The notes: generated from the letters alone by a model not told the origin. A DNA stretch of 36,035 nt from Candidatus Moduliflexus flocculans (GCA_000739515.1 DF820457.1:914080-950114); one strand, 5' to 3'; counted from the first letter of the stretch, positions 1 to 9,450 are shown. A program made the numbers and translations.

Positions 1-116
1 CTCCCCTCCGGGGAGGGGTTGGGGGTGGGTTCTTGACACGAGCAATCACTCACGGACGACCCCACCCCTTGCCCCTCCCAGGAGGGGAATTGTCGGCGGC
101 GCTGCGTAACATCAGT
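1..116. repeat. Left copy of a 116-bp direct repeat at both window ends; truncated copy of a MITE-like element
   Basis: 1..116 is base-for-base identical to 35920..36035. It contains an inverted pair of units (ctcccctccggggaggggttgggggtgggt, 1..30; accccaccccttgcccctcccaggaggggaa, 59..89) and ends in gctgcgtaacatcagt. Confidence 0.95.
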
Positions 117-134
117 AAATAAGGAGCGCATATC

Positions 135-905
135 ATGAAAGACCTTCACACTAAAATTGCCTTACAGCTATACACCGTGCGCGAACATCTGAAGACTCCG
201 CAAGGTGTCGAACACTCGCTTAAAAAGATTCATGACATCGGCTATCAGGCCGTCGAATTGGCGGGGATTACCTGTCTTGATGATGTCAGTTTGCGGCGGT
301 TGTTTGACGCCTATCAACTGACATGTTGTTCGATGCACGTCAGTATCGCGCAGGTTGCTGATGGATTAGACAACACGATTGAACGAATGAACATCTTAGG
401 ATGTTCGCACATTGCCGTTGCCTGGTCAGGGCCGGAATATCGGACGGTTGAGGGTGTGCGCCAATTAGCGCAGATTCTTGATCGCGCGGGCAAGCGATTG
501 CGAGAATCCGGCCTCATGTTAAGTTATCATAATCACAAATTCGAGTTCGAGAAGATCGGCGAATATGTGATGTTAGAGCATTTGCTGCGCCTGACCGATC
601 CGCAGTATCTCATGCTCGAACTCGATGTCTGCTGGGCGCAATTGGGCGGGGCGAACCCGGCAGCATGGATTCGAAAGGCGCAAGGCAGGATATGGGCAGC
701 GCATTACAAAGATGCGACCATCAAAAATGACGCGCCGGTGCTGGCGGAAGTCGGCGAAGGCAATCTTGATTGGCCGGGAATTATCCAGGCGAGCGAAGAG
801 GCAAATGTCGCCGTCTATATTGTCGAACAAGATACCTGCGAACGTGACTCGTTTGATTCCATCGCCATTTCATACCGAAATTTGAGAGCGTTGGGAGCGC
901 AATAG
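135..905 (+). CDS. Sugar phosphate isomerase/epimerase (xylose-isomerase-like TIM barrel, AP_endonuc_2 family)
   Basis: 256 aa. Motifs LQLYTVR, GYQAVELAG, YHNHKFEF, ELDVCW, HYKD, VGEGNLDW and IVEQD. AAGGAG RBS at 121..126. Confidence 0.9.
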   Translation: MKDLHTKIALQLYTVREHLKTPQGVEHSLKKIHDIGYQAVELAGITCLDDVSLRRLFDAYQLTCCSMHVSIAQVADGLDNTIERMNILGCSHIAVAWSGPEYRTVEGVRQLAQILDRAGKRLRESGLMLSYHNHKFEFEKIGEYVMLEHLLRLTDPQYLMLELDVCWAQLGGANPAAWIRKAQGRIWAAHYKDATIKNDAPVLAEVGEGNLDWPGIIQASEEANVAVYIVEQDTCERDSFDSIAISYRNLRALGAQ

Positions 906-1150
906 GCTGTCACAAAGATTTATGGAAATTTTCTTGACAGTTTCATCTATCAGCCACAGGGAATAATGCGAGTGATGTGGCAGAACTCAAGACATTTAGG
1001 GCGCTTTCCCAAATCTGCCATTGACAACGGCGTATGAATGTTGGCCGTTGCATAAGAGGGCACATGTTAGTTTGTCAACGCAGGCTGACATGTGCATTTC
1101 ATGCGTTATTGAAATGACCTAAAATGATAGCAATCACATGAGGTGATGGC

Positions 1151-2383
1151 ATGCCGAATGGAAATCATAAATTGCAGCAAATTTTGGACATGAATCAGGA
1201 AATCGAGCAAGTGCGCGATGTGGATGTCTTGCTGGAAAAGGTGCTCGCTGTCGCGCGAAAATTGGCGAATGCCGATGCTGGCTCGATCTATGTCGTGAAA
1301 GATGAGGATGAATTGGAATTCAAGCACTCGCAAAATGACACGTTGCAGCAGGAATTAGACCCCGGAAAAAAATTAATTTATAACACCTTTACCGTCCCGA
1401 TCAACCACAAATCTATTTCTGGATATGTGGCAAGCACTGGCGAATTGCTTAATATTCCAGATGTATATGAGCTTCAGAACGTTCCGTACTCGTTCGATCC
1501 TTCCTATGATCAGCGTTCGCATTACCTGACGCGCTCAATGCTGACTCTTCCTCTGAAAAACAATCAAAACCGGGTGATTGGCGTCATGCAGTTGATTAAT
1601 GCCAAGAATGACGCGGGCGAGATCGTCGCGTTTGCGGAAGAGGATATCCCGTTGATGCGGATTTTTGCAAACAACGCAGCGATGGCGTTAGAGCGGGCGC
1701 AGATGACGCGCGCGATTATTTTGCGCATGATCAGCATGGCAGAATTGCGCGACCCCGAAGAAACCGGCACGCACGTCAATCGCGTGGGGGCGTATTCCTC
1801 CGAAATTTACGAGGCGTGGGCGAAACGACGGGGCATTCCACAACTCGAAATAGATAATTTTAAAGATATTCTCCGCATGGCGGCCATGCTGCATGACGTC
1901 GGTAAAGTCGGCATTAAAGACGAGATTCTTCAAAAGCCAGGCCGGTTGAATGATCTGGAATATGAAACCATGAAACTGCACGTGGTGATGGGCGCAAAAC
2001 TGTTTCTGAACCCGCAATCCGAATTTGATGAGATTGCCGGGCAGATCGCCTTAAATCATCATGAACGCTGGGACGGCACGGGATACCCCGGCCATGTCGA
2101 TCCGCGCCGCAACGGGGAGCCGATTCCTGGCTATGAACTGGCAAATGGCAAAGCGCGCGGGAAAAAAGGAGAGGAAATTCCGATCTTTGGCCGCGTGGTC
2201 GCTGTCGCCGATGTCTATGACGCGCTTTCCAGCAAGCGCGCGTATAAAGACCCCTGGACAGAAGAGGATGTGTTTAACGAACTCCGCAAAGGGGCGGGCA
2301 AGCATTTTGATCCTGAGATTATCGAAGCGTTTTTTACGATCACTGATGTGATTCGTTCTGTGGCTCAACGATACTCAGGTTGA
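1151..2383 (+). CDS. GAF-domain HD-GYP phosphodiesterase (probable c-di-GMP hydrolase)
   Basis: 410 aa. N-terminal GAF (ADAGSIY, SISGYVA, LNIPDVY, SMLTLPL, VIGVMQLIN). HD-GYP motifs RDPEETGTHVNRV, LHDVGK, HHERWDGTGYP and VADVYDAL. GAGG RBS upstream. Confidence 0.92.
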   Translation: MPNGNHKLQQILDMNQEIEQVRDVDVLLEKVLAVARKLANADAGSIYVVKDEDELEFKHSQNDTLQQELDPGKKLIYNTFTVPINHKSISGYVASTGELLNIPDVYELQNVPYSFDPSYDQRSHYLTRSMLTLPLKNNQNRVIGVMQLINAKNDAGEIVAFAEEDIPLMRIFANNAAMALERAQMTRAIILRMISMAELRDPEETGTHVNRVGAYSSEIYEAWAKRRGIPQLEIDNFKDILRMAAMLHDVGKVGIKDEILQKPGRLNDLEYETMKLHVVMGAKLFLNPQSEFDEIAGQIALNHHERWDGTGYPGHVDPRRNGEPIPGYELANGKARGKKGEEIPIFGRVVAVADVYDALSSKRAYKDPWTEEDVFNELRKGAGKHFDPEIIEAFFTITDVIRSVAQRYSG

Positions 2384-2443
2384 TGAGGCTGCTATGTGAA
2401 CGCGCATGATTCGCGGTCATTTTTTCGATGAGATATTTTTTAT

Positions 2444-2472
2444 TTGACAGAATGCTCACGCGCATGTAAGGT
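2444..2472 (+). promoter_or_regulatory. Candidate sigma70 promoter for the wzc-like gene
   Basis: TTGACA (2444..2449), 17-bp spacer, TAAGGT (2467..2472), preceded by an AT-rich tract. Motif match only. Confidence 0.35.
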
Positions 2473-2574
2473 GCGGGATCGGGGGGATGTAATGTTTTGA
2501 CGAAATGAATCCTGTTTACGCGGAGAGTAGCGTGCTTCAGGCGGTTTTTATGGATAGATAAAGACTGTTGAGGC

Positions 2575-4839
2575 ATGGAGGAGGTCCCGTTTGTGTTTCA
2601 AGAAGACGTTCGTTTACAAGATTATTGGCGAATTCTCAAAAAACGGCAGTGGGTGATTGTCACGTTTTTTGTGATTATCGTCGTCAGCGTGACGATTACC
2701 ACGTTTTTAAGTTCCCCAATTTATAAAGGCACAACCCGTATCCTGATCGAGAAAGATACTCCCAATATTTTATCCTTCCAAGAAGTCCTGGCATTTAATA
2801 CGTCAGATACTGACTATTATCAGACTCAGTACACCATTTTAAAAAGCCGGTCATTAGCCCGCGCCGTCCTTGAACAATTGGGAATGCTGCAACAGGCGGA
2901 GGAGGAAAATATCGGTTTTTCCGTGCGAGGGCTTTTGAATGAGGTTTTGCTTCTTGCTGGTTTAAAAGAACCGCTCTCTGATGAGGCCAAACAGCGCTTC
3001 GCCGAGCAGCAGCGTATTGATAATTTTATAAATGACACCATCAATATTGAACCAATCAAAGGAAGCTGGCTCGTTGATATCAGCGCGGTGTCTAAAAATC
3101 CAGAACTTGCTGCGAAAATTGCAAACGCACTGGTCGAGACGTATATCAAACAGACGCTCGAATCGAAACTCTCCGCCTCGAAAGATGCTGGAGGCTGGCT
3201 GGAAGAACAATTGAAAACGTCGCAGCAAAAAGTCTCCGAATCGGAAGCGGCATTATTAGCGTATAAAGAAAAGTATGGAATTATTTCGTTCGAAGATCGC
3301 CAGAATATCGTCACGCAAAAGCTTTCAGAATTGAACACGGCGGTCAATAATGCCCGGATCAAACGCATTGGCGTCGAAGCGCAATATCGCCAGATTCAGG
3401 AATATTTGAGGGGGGAAGCGAGGGCGTCCACCTCGGAAACGCTCTCGAAATTAGAGACGCTGTCACAAGTGATCAATAATCCATTCATTCAGAAACTGAA
3501 AGCTGAACTCTCCAGTTTAGAAGTTGAACAATCAGAACTCCTTAAAAAATTTCGTTCGAAACATCCCAACGTGATTGCAGTTCAGTCGCAGATCAATTCC
3601 ATTCGTGGCCGGATCAATGCAGAAGTTCAACAGATTGTCACGAGCATTAAAAACGAGTACGAATTAGCGTTAGCGCAAGAAGAAGAGATGATGGCGGCGT
3701 TAGAAGAGCAGAAACAAGAAGCATTAGATCTGAATCAGAAAGCAATTACCTATGCCGTGTTGCAACGGGAAGCCGATAGTAATAAACGGGTGTATGACAC
3801 GCTGTTACAGCGCACGAAAGAAACGAATGTCACTGAACAACTGGAAACGATTAACGTGCGTGTCATTGATCAGGCATCTATTCCGACTTTTCCAATTGCG
3901 CCGCGCAAAAGGCTTAATGTTTTTTTGGCGATGATCGTTGGACTGGTGGGAGGAGTGGGGCTTGCCCTTTTCTTCGAGTTTCTTGATAGCACGATTAAAT
4001 CCCCGGATGATATTCAGCATTATTTGAATATGCCGTTCCTCGGCTTTATTCCGAAAGTCGCCTATAATGGGAATGGCAACGGCGTCCCAGCGCATCGAGG
4101 AAAACCGAATCCAGTAGATACAGTCGTGGCGCTCGACCCGAAATCTACGGTCTCCGAAGCGTATCGCAGCTTGCGCACAAATGTCATGTTCTCCTCGCTG
4201 GAACATGGTCCAGTGCTGCTCGTCACCAGCGCCGGCCCAACGGAAGGGAAAAGCATTACAGTCGCGAATTTAGCCATTACAATGGCGCAGAGCGGCAGCA
4301 AAACTCTGATTATAGACTGCGATCTCCGCAAGCCGCGTATGCACCGGATTTTTAATATCCCTGGCAGCACGGATGGGATTACCGAAATGATCGTCAATCT
4401 TGGCAATAACGGCATGAAAGTTGCTGTCAAGCGAACGAAAATTGAAAATTTAGATATTATTCCCTGCGGCCAGATTCCGCCAAATCCATCGGAATTGCTG
4501 AGTTCAGACCACACGAAATTTTTGATTCAAGCGCTCAGTAAAAAATATGATCGCATTTTGATTGATTCGCCTCCCGTCAATGTGGTCACCGATCCCGTGA
4601 TTTTGAGTCAGATCGTGGATGGCGTCGTGCTGATTGTCCGCGCAGGCCAGACCAGCCGCGATGTGGCGCGTCGCGCCCGCGACCAGCTTCTCGCCGTCAA
4701 AGCCCGCCTTCTCGGCGGCGTCCTGAATAGCGTGGATTTGCAGAAAGATCATTATTACTATTACTCATATTACCACAATTATTACTATCAGGAAAACGAC
4801 AAGGAAACCAACGAACAAGCGAAGCGGCGCAACGCATAG
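2575..4839 (+). CDS. wzc: Wzc-type polysaccharide copolymerase / tyrosine autokinase (GumC-like periplasmic part + CpsD/CapB kinase)
   Basis: 754 aa. N-terminal TM with PIYKGT, long coiled coil, second TM, EAYRSLRTN, Walker A SAGPTEGKS, IDCDLRKP, PPNPSELL, ILIDSPP and C-terminal Tyr cluster HYYYYSYYHNYYY. Confidence 0.95.
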   Translation: MEEVPFVFQEDVRLQDYWRILKKRQWVIVTFFVIIVVSVTITTFLSSPIYKGTTRILIEKDTPNILSFQEVLAFNTSDTDYYQTQYTILKSRSLARAVLEQLGMLQQAEEENIGFSVRGLLNEVLLLAGLKEPLSDEAKQRFAEQQRIDNFINDTINIEPIKGSWLVDISAVSKNPELAAKIANALVETYIKQTLESKLSASKDAGGWLEEQLKTSQQKVSESEAALLAYKEKYGIISFEDRQNIVTQKLSELNTAVNNARIKRIGVEAQYRQIQEYLRGEARASTSETLSKLETLSQVINNPFIQKLKAELSSLEVEQSELLKKFRSKHPNVIAVQSQINSIRGRINAEVQQIVTSIKNEYELALAQEEEMMAALEEQKQEALDLNQKAITYAVLQREADSNKRVYDTLLQRTKETNVTEQLETINVRVIDQASIPTFPIAPRKRLNVFLAMIVGLVGGVGLALFFEFLDSTIKSPDDIQHYLNMPFLGFIPKVAYNGNGNGVPAHRGKPNPVDTVVALDPKSTVSEAYRSLRTNVMFSSLEHGPVLLVTSAGPTEGKSITVANLAITMAQSGSKTLIIDCDLRKPRMHRIFNIPGSTDGITEMIVNLGNNGMKVAVKRTKIENLDIIPCGQIPPNPSELLSSDHTKFLIQALSKKYDRILIDSPPVNVVTDPVILSQIVDGVVLIVRAGQTSRDVARRARDQLLAVKARLLGGVLNSVDLQKDHYYYYSYYHNYYYQENDKETNEQAKRRNA

Positions 4840-4856
4840 ACGCCCGAAGCTTATGT

Positions 4857-6296
4857 TTGCTGATGAGCCAGATATTTCCTTATCAAAAAATCAGGCGTTT
4901 TTTGGCTCTGCGATGGCATCTCTGGATTCCGTTATTCGCCGCAGGAGGGCAGCTTCTTCTTTTTGGGCTGGTTTACCCTAAATATCCCGACACCATTTTT
5001 TCGCCGGATTCGGTGTCATATATCCAAACAGCGAAAGCGTTTGCCGCCACAGGACATTTTGCCAAAAGCCCGGAACTTCTCGACATTCCCCAATTAGCCA
5101 GAACACCTGGTTATCCGTTGTTTCTGGCGTGTTTTTTCTTGCTTGCGGGCGAACGCTATGCGCTGATTATCGTCGCGCAAATCATTCTGAGCGGCTGCAC
5201 GATCTTCCTCGCCGCACGTATCGCCTTGAATCGCTGGCAAGACAAAAACATTGCGACATTGGCTGCACTGCTGCTGACAATTGATATTTCTTCTACGGTT
5301 GCGTCGCAGCAAATCCTGACGGAAACGCTGTTTACATTTGTGCTCACGGTTGCCCTCTGGATGAGTGATGCTGCCTTCGAGAGAACCGCTTCCGCATGGC
5401 GGATCGCTGTGTTCAGCGGGTTGTTAGCGGTCGCCACGCTGATCCGCCCGATCTCCTACTATCTGATTTTTCCCATCAGCCTGCTGGCGCTTTACAGCCT
5501 TCGAACAAGGACGCCGCGACAACGATGGCGCGTCACGTTGTCCATGATGGCAGCGTTGCTTCTTCCCTGGTTGACGCTGATTGGGGGATGGCAGACGAGG
5601 AATTTTCTCGTCGCGGGAACTACGGAATTTTGTACGATTCAATCGGTGAATCTGTTGTTCTATCGAGGCGCGGGTATTGTTGCACAGCGAGATGGCATTT
5701 CATTTGGACAAGCACAGGAACAATTAGGATATGGAAGGACGTATTCCCAGATTCACCCTGAAACTCGGAATTGGACAGAAGCACAAGTGGCGCTCGCATG
5801 GAAACAAGAAGGCCTTGATTTGATATATCATTATCCAGTACTTACATTGAAGAGTCAATTCAATGGTTTGATAAAGCTCTTATTTAGCCCTGGAGAGCGT
5901 ACATTGTTAGGTTATCTTGGTGAGGACGATAAATTGAGTCCTATACAGGATTTTTTTACATTGGCGTTTGCGGATTTTATAGATAAATGGACCAAAAGAA
6001 AGTCTTTTTATCTGGTTTTTTCTGTTTATACTGTCACTTATCTTCTTTTGATTTATGCTGGCATTCTTACCTCCGGTTGGCAACGAATTCAATGCAAGAC
6101 ACAACTACGGTTTGTAGATATACGCCATGCTTTCGTAGGGGTGATAACAGTGTATATGCTGATATTATCTTCCGGGCCGGAAGCCTATTCACGTTTTCGT
6201 ATTCCGATCATGCCAATATTTTGTTTATATGCGGCAAAGGGAATCATCGGCTGGTTTCCAGTCGTCAGAAACAAGTTGGCTACGCGTCAGTTTTGA
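4857..6296 (+). CDS. ArnT/PMT-like (GT-C, GT39/GT83-like) membrane glycosyltransferase
   Basis: 479 aa polytopic protein (ATG at 4863 is the likelier start). First-loop Asp motif SPDSVSY, then RTPGYPLFL, ILTETLFT, LIRP and RFRIP. Confidence 0.75.
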   Translation: MLMSQIFPYQKIRRFLALRWHLWIPLFAAGGQLLLFGLVYPKYPDTIFSPDSVSYIQTAKAFAATGHFAKSPELLDIPQLARTPGYPLFLACFFLLAGERYALIIVAQIILSGCTIFLAARIALNRWQDKNIATLAALLLTIDISSTVASQQILTETLFTFVLTVALWMSDAAFERTASAWRIAVFSGLLAVATLIRPISYYLIFPISLLALYSLRTRTPRQRWRVTLSMMAALLLPWLTLIGGWQTRNFLVAGTTEFCTIQSVNLLFYRGAGIVAQRDGISFGQAQEQLGYGRTYSQIHPETRNWTEAQVALAWKQEGLDLIYHYPVLTLKSQFNGLIKLLFSPGERTLLGYLGEDDKLSPIQDFFTLAFADFIDKWTKRKSFYLVFSVYTVTYLLLIYAGILTSGWQRIQCKTQLRFVDIRHAFVGVITVYMLILSSGPEAYSRFRIPIMPIFCLYAAKGIIGWFPVVRNKLATRQF

Positions 6297-7783
6297 TTGA
6301 TAACGTGCGGCAATTGCTGTTCGAAAGCACTTTTTAGTTGTTCGACCAAGACGCTCATCTCAAAAAACGCGCCTACATCTGCTGGCTCAAAAAATTTTCC
6401 AATCATCAGTTCGCCGGATTTTTTCTCTTGGCAAAGTAATGGAACGGTAATCGTCGCGAGGAGATCGTGAGGAATTTCCCGTCTCTCGTACCGAGGACTG
6501 CGCCAATGGCAATCATCTTTGATATCAAACGTTTTCGACGAGGCAAACGTGCAATAACCGATATCGAATTCCATCACTTCGAAGGCTCTGATGGCTATTT
6601 TTTTTAAAGTGGGAATATCCGAGATGCTTTGCATCTCGTTTAAGATTTCTTTTGTCAAACGCTGCTGCTCGAGTAATCGTCGTTTCTTTCGAATCCGTTG
6701 TTTCACCAATTCATTGATTTCGATCATACTTGAAGTATATCCCAACATTCTAATGCCGCTGATCGCCATGATGCTCAACACAATTAAAATTAACGTTAAT
6801 ACCTGATTGTTCACGGCCGTCATCAGCAACGCGGTCACGCCAAGCAAAAAACAGACGCCATATAGCATCAGCACGGTTTTCCGTGGAGACAATCCCATAT
6901 TCAACAGGCGATGATGAATATGTTCGCGGTCAGCGGAAAACGGAGAGCGTCCATGGCTTAATCGACGAGTCACGGCTAAAATCGTATCGGTAATCGGCAG
7001 TCCTAAGGCTACGATAGGGATGAGCAGCACGACGGCCGTCGAACTTTTTTGTGAGCCTTGTAATGCAATCGTTGCAATCATGAAACCGATAAATAAGCTG
7101 CCCGAATCTCCCATAAAAATCGAGGCCGGAGAAAAGTTATAGCAGAGAAAACCTGAAATTGCCCCGGCTAACATAGCGGAAAACAACGCGGTCATGCCAT
7201 TACCAAGAAAAAGCGACAGCAGAAACATTGTCGAAACATAGAAAAACCCGACGCCGCTTGCTAAACCATCCATGCCATCGATAAAATTTATCGCATTGGT
7301 AACGCCGACAATCCAAAAAACTGTCAGCGGCAAGCTCAGCATCTCAAGCGACACCGAGCCGATAAATGGCATGCTGATAATGGTAATTTTGAATCCTAAG
7401 GTATAAATCGCAATCGCTGCTGCAACTTGAACGACAAATTTTTGAGGAATCGTCGCTCCGCGAATGTCATCATAGACGCCGATTCCAAACACGATCGAAC
7501 TTGAAATAAACAGACTGAAAAGTGTTTTGCCATGATATGCGAACAATTCATGGAGAGCGCCCGGCGAGAACAAGCCGATGAAAAGTGTGCCAAAAAATGC
7601 GGCATAAATCGCGATCCCTCCTAAGCGGGGAATTGGGATAGTGTGAATTCTTCGTTCGTCATTCGGAAGGTCGTAGAGATTTCTTTTGCGGCAAATTCTG
7701 CGGATAATAGGGGTTAGGATGACACTAATAACAAATGCGAAAGAAAAGACCTGAACTGCATCTCGAATAAAATGACGATACAT
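6287..7783 (-). CDS. wecA: WecA/TagO-like undecaprenyl-phosphate N-acetylhexosamine-1-phosphate transferase (MraY family) with C-terminal extension
   Basis: Motifs IPRLGG, GVYDD, NAINFIDGMDGLA, IFMGDSGS and DREHIHHRL. Start moved from 7891 to ATG 7783 (MYRHF) because an AGGAG RBS precedes it. Confidence 0.88.
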   Translation of the reverse strand: MYRHFIRDAVQVFSFAFVISVILTPIIRRICRKRNLYDLPNDERRIHTIPIPRLGGIAIYAAFFGTLFIGLFSPGALHELFAYHGKTLFSLFISSSIVFGIGVYDDIRGATIPQKFVVQVAAAIAIYTLGFKITIISMPFIGSVSLEMLSLPLTVFWIVGVTNAINFIDGMDGLASGVGFFYVSTMFLLSLFLGNGMTALFSAMLAGAISGFLCYNFSPASIFMGDSGSLFIGFMIATIALQGSQKSSTAVVLLIPIVALGLPITDTILAVTRRLSHGRSPFSADREHIHHRLLNMGLSPRKTVLMLYGVCFLLGVTALLMTAVNNQVLTLILIVLSIMAISGIRMLGYTSSMIEINELVKQRIRKKRRLLEQQRLTKEILNEMQSISDIPTLKKIAIRAFEVMEFDIGYCTFASSKTFDIKDDCHWRSPRYERREIPHDLLATITVPLLCQEKKSGELMIGKFFEPADVGAFFEMSVLVEQLKSAFEQQLPHVINQN

Positions 7784-7880
7784 TGCAAAGGCTCCTACAG
7801 ATGAATAATACCGCTGATTTCCCTCTAATCGCGCGGCAATAAAAATGAATTCTGTTGCGTTCAGCCCCCCCTTCGAATTA

Positions 7881-7910
7881 AGCATAGACACAAAATAGAA
7901 AGAGCGTCAA
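7881..7910 (-). promoter_or_regulatory. Candidate sigma70 promoter for the wecA-like gene
   Basis: Minus strand TTGACG (7910..7905), 18-bp spacer, TATGCT (7886..7881). Motif match only. Confidence 0.3.
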
Positions 7911-8034
7911 GTTATTTATGCCACTCTTCAGCATGGATGTGTCCTCCTTCATGAAACATTGATACGACTAAGAATACATTACCGCGCTCACCGTTCGATA
8001 AAAATCTTTCCCCAAAATTTCCATGTTAAACGCT

Positions 8035-9429
8035 TCATATTGGCGTCCTCTGTTGTTGTCGAATCTTGTAACACTGAATACTCTTTGCTATGCCAATTCC
8101 AGCAAGCAAGCAGATATAAGGCATCGCAGGCACTCTGAAACGGGGAGTTGCAGCGGCGCCGGGAAGCAGCGTCAAATACGCGGCTGGTAGAAACAGGAGT
8201 CGCAGTGAATCCCAATGTTTTTGTAAGATTTGGATGGAAATTCCTAAAATTGTGCCAAGATATGTCACTCCTAAAAGAGCGATAAAGGGGAATACAGCCC
8301 AAAGAAGCCAAATATTATCATCAAAATAGTGGTTTACAGCCGCAATGAGGCCATGTTGATTCAACACACTTAATGTTTCTTTGCCTCCTTGAGTTGCTCC
8401 GATAAGTTCTAAAAAATCCGTGACATCTGGCAAAAAGCAATTTATATCGTTTTTCAAATGGATATACACATAACGTATTGGGGCTGAGAATAAAATTTTT
8501 CGACTCCATGCCGTGTATAACTGCGCACTATGCAACTCATCGCCTTTCCATCCAAGCGCAGTGAGTTCTTTCGTGACTTGATCATTGATTGCTGCTCGCG
8601 CTTGCGCCTGACTAATACGATGTAAGTCTGTGCTCAAAGAAGCAGCATTGTAAAAGAGGAGGTTATAGCTGGAAATACTGGAAACTTTTAATAACCCAAG
8701 TGTCAAGTAATTGCGTATTACCCATGGAACCACGATTCCGGCGATGATAAGAAGAAAAATAATTCCATGCCTCATGAATTGCCACCGCATGTTTGGCGAA
8801 GCCATCCAGATGAAAAGTAATCCAATCAATGGGAAAAATAGTGCTATAGGACGGATCAGAATCGCTATCCCGATCAATATGCCTCCGCTTACTAACCACC
8901 GCAGTCGGCAATGCTCTCGATAACATGAAACCGCGATAATTGCCCAGAGGAAAAATAGCGTAAAGAGGCTTTCCGTTAAAATAAATACGGCATGAACTGC
9001 CTGTTCTACACTAAGGGAATAAATCAACCCTCCCAAACGAGCGGCTGACTCTGAAAACAGACGCCTTCCCCATATATAAATCAGAACAGCAGTCAAGGTA
9101 TCAATGAAAATTTGAACGAAAGCGATGATTAACACATCTCTTTCAAACACTGTATAAAAAAAAGCAATAAACACGGGATAAATGGGGGTACGTATCGCAC
9201 TTGGAAAGAATGGCGGATGTTCATTACCTGAGAAACCATGCCCTTCAGTCATGTTAATCGCAGGTCTCACATACGACGGTGTGTCAGGGCGAATAGTACG
9301 TTCTGAATGTTCAAAAACAAAAAAAAACATCAACAATCGAAACAGGAAAGCAACAACAGCAATCGTAAAGATGTTTTTGTGAATTGAAGGCATCAGTTTT
9401 CCTTTGTTCAAAAGTGATTTTACATTCAT
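8035..9429 (-). CDS. ArnT/PMT-like (GT-C) membrane glycosyltransferase, paralog of 4857..6296
   Basis: 464 aa polytopic protein. Motifs RPDTPSY, RTPIYPVFI, ILTESLFT, LIRPI, PWVIRN, NLLFY and RFRVP. Confidence 0.75.
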   Translation of the reverse strand: MNVKSLLNKGKLMPSIHKNIFTIAVVAFLFRLLMFFFVFEHSERTIRPDTPSYVRPAINMTEGHGFSGNEHPPFFPSAIRTPIYPVFIAFFYTVFERDVLIIAFVQIFIDTLTAVLIYIWGRRLFSESAARLGGLIYSLSVEQAVHAVFILTESLFTLFFLWAIIAVSCYREHCRLRWLVSGGILIGIAILIRPIALFFPLIGLLFIWMASPNMRWQFMRHGIIFLLIIAGIVVPWVIRNYLTLGLLKVSSISSYNLLFYNAASLSTDLHRISQAQARAAINDQVTKELTALGWKGDELHSAQLYTAWSRKILFSAPIRYVYIHLKNDINCFLPDVTDFLELIGATQGGKETLSVLNQHGLIAAVNHYFDDNIWLLWAVFPFIALLGVTYLGTILGISIQILQKHWDSLRLLFLPAAYLTLLPGAAATPRFRVPAMPYICLLAGIGIAKSIQCYKIRQQQRTPI

Positions 9430-9450
9430 AAATAATCGGGTATTTTGCGT

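Noticed and set aside
2521-2535. ops/JUMPstart-like element upstream of wzc (gagagtagcgtg)
   Set aside because: Only a partial match to GGCGGTAGCGTG, and the rest of the JUMPstart consensus is absent.
4751-4788. Low-complexity (TAT/TAC)n tract
   Set aside because: It encodes the normal Wzc tyrosine autophosphorylation cluster.
7784-7891. Longer wecA start at 7891
   Set aside because: No RBS there. An AGGAG precedes ATG 7783, and a candidate promoter overlaps the extension.
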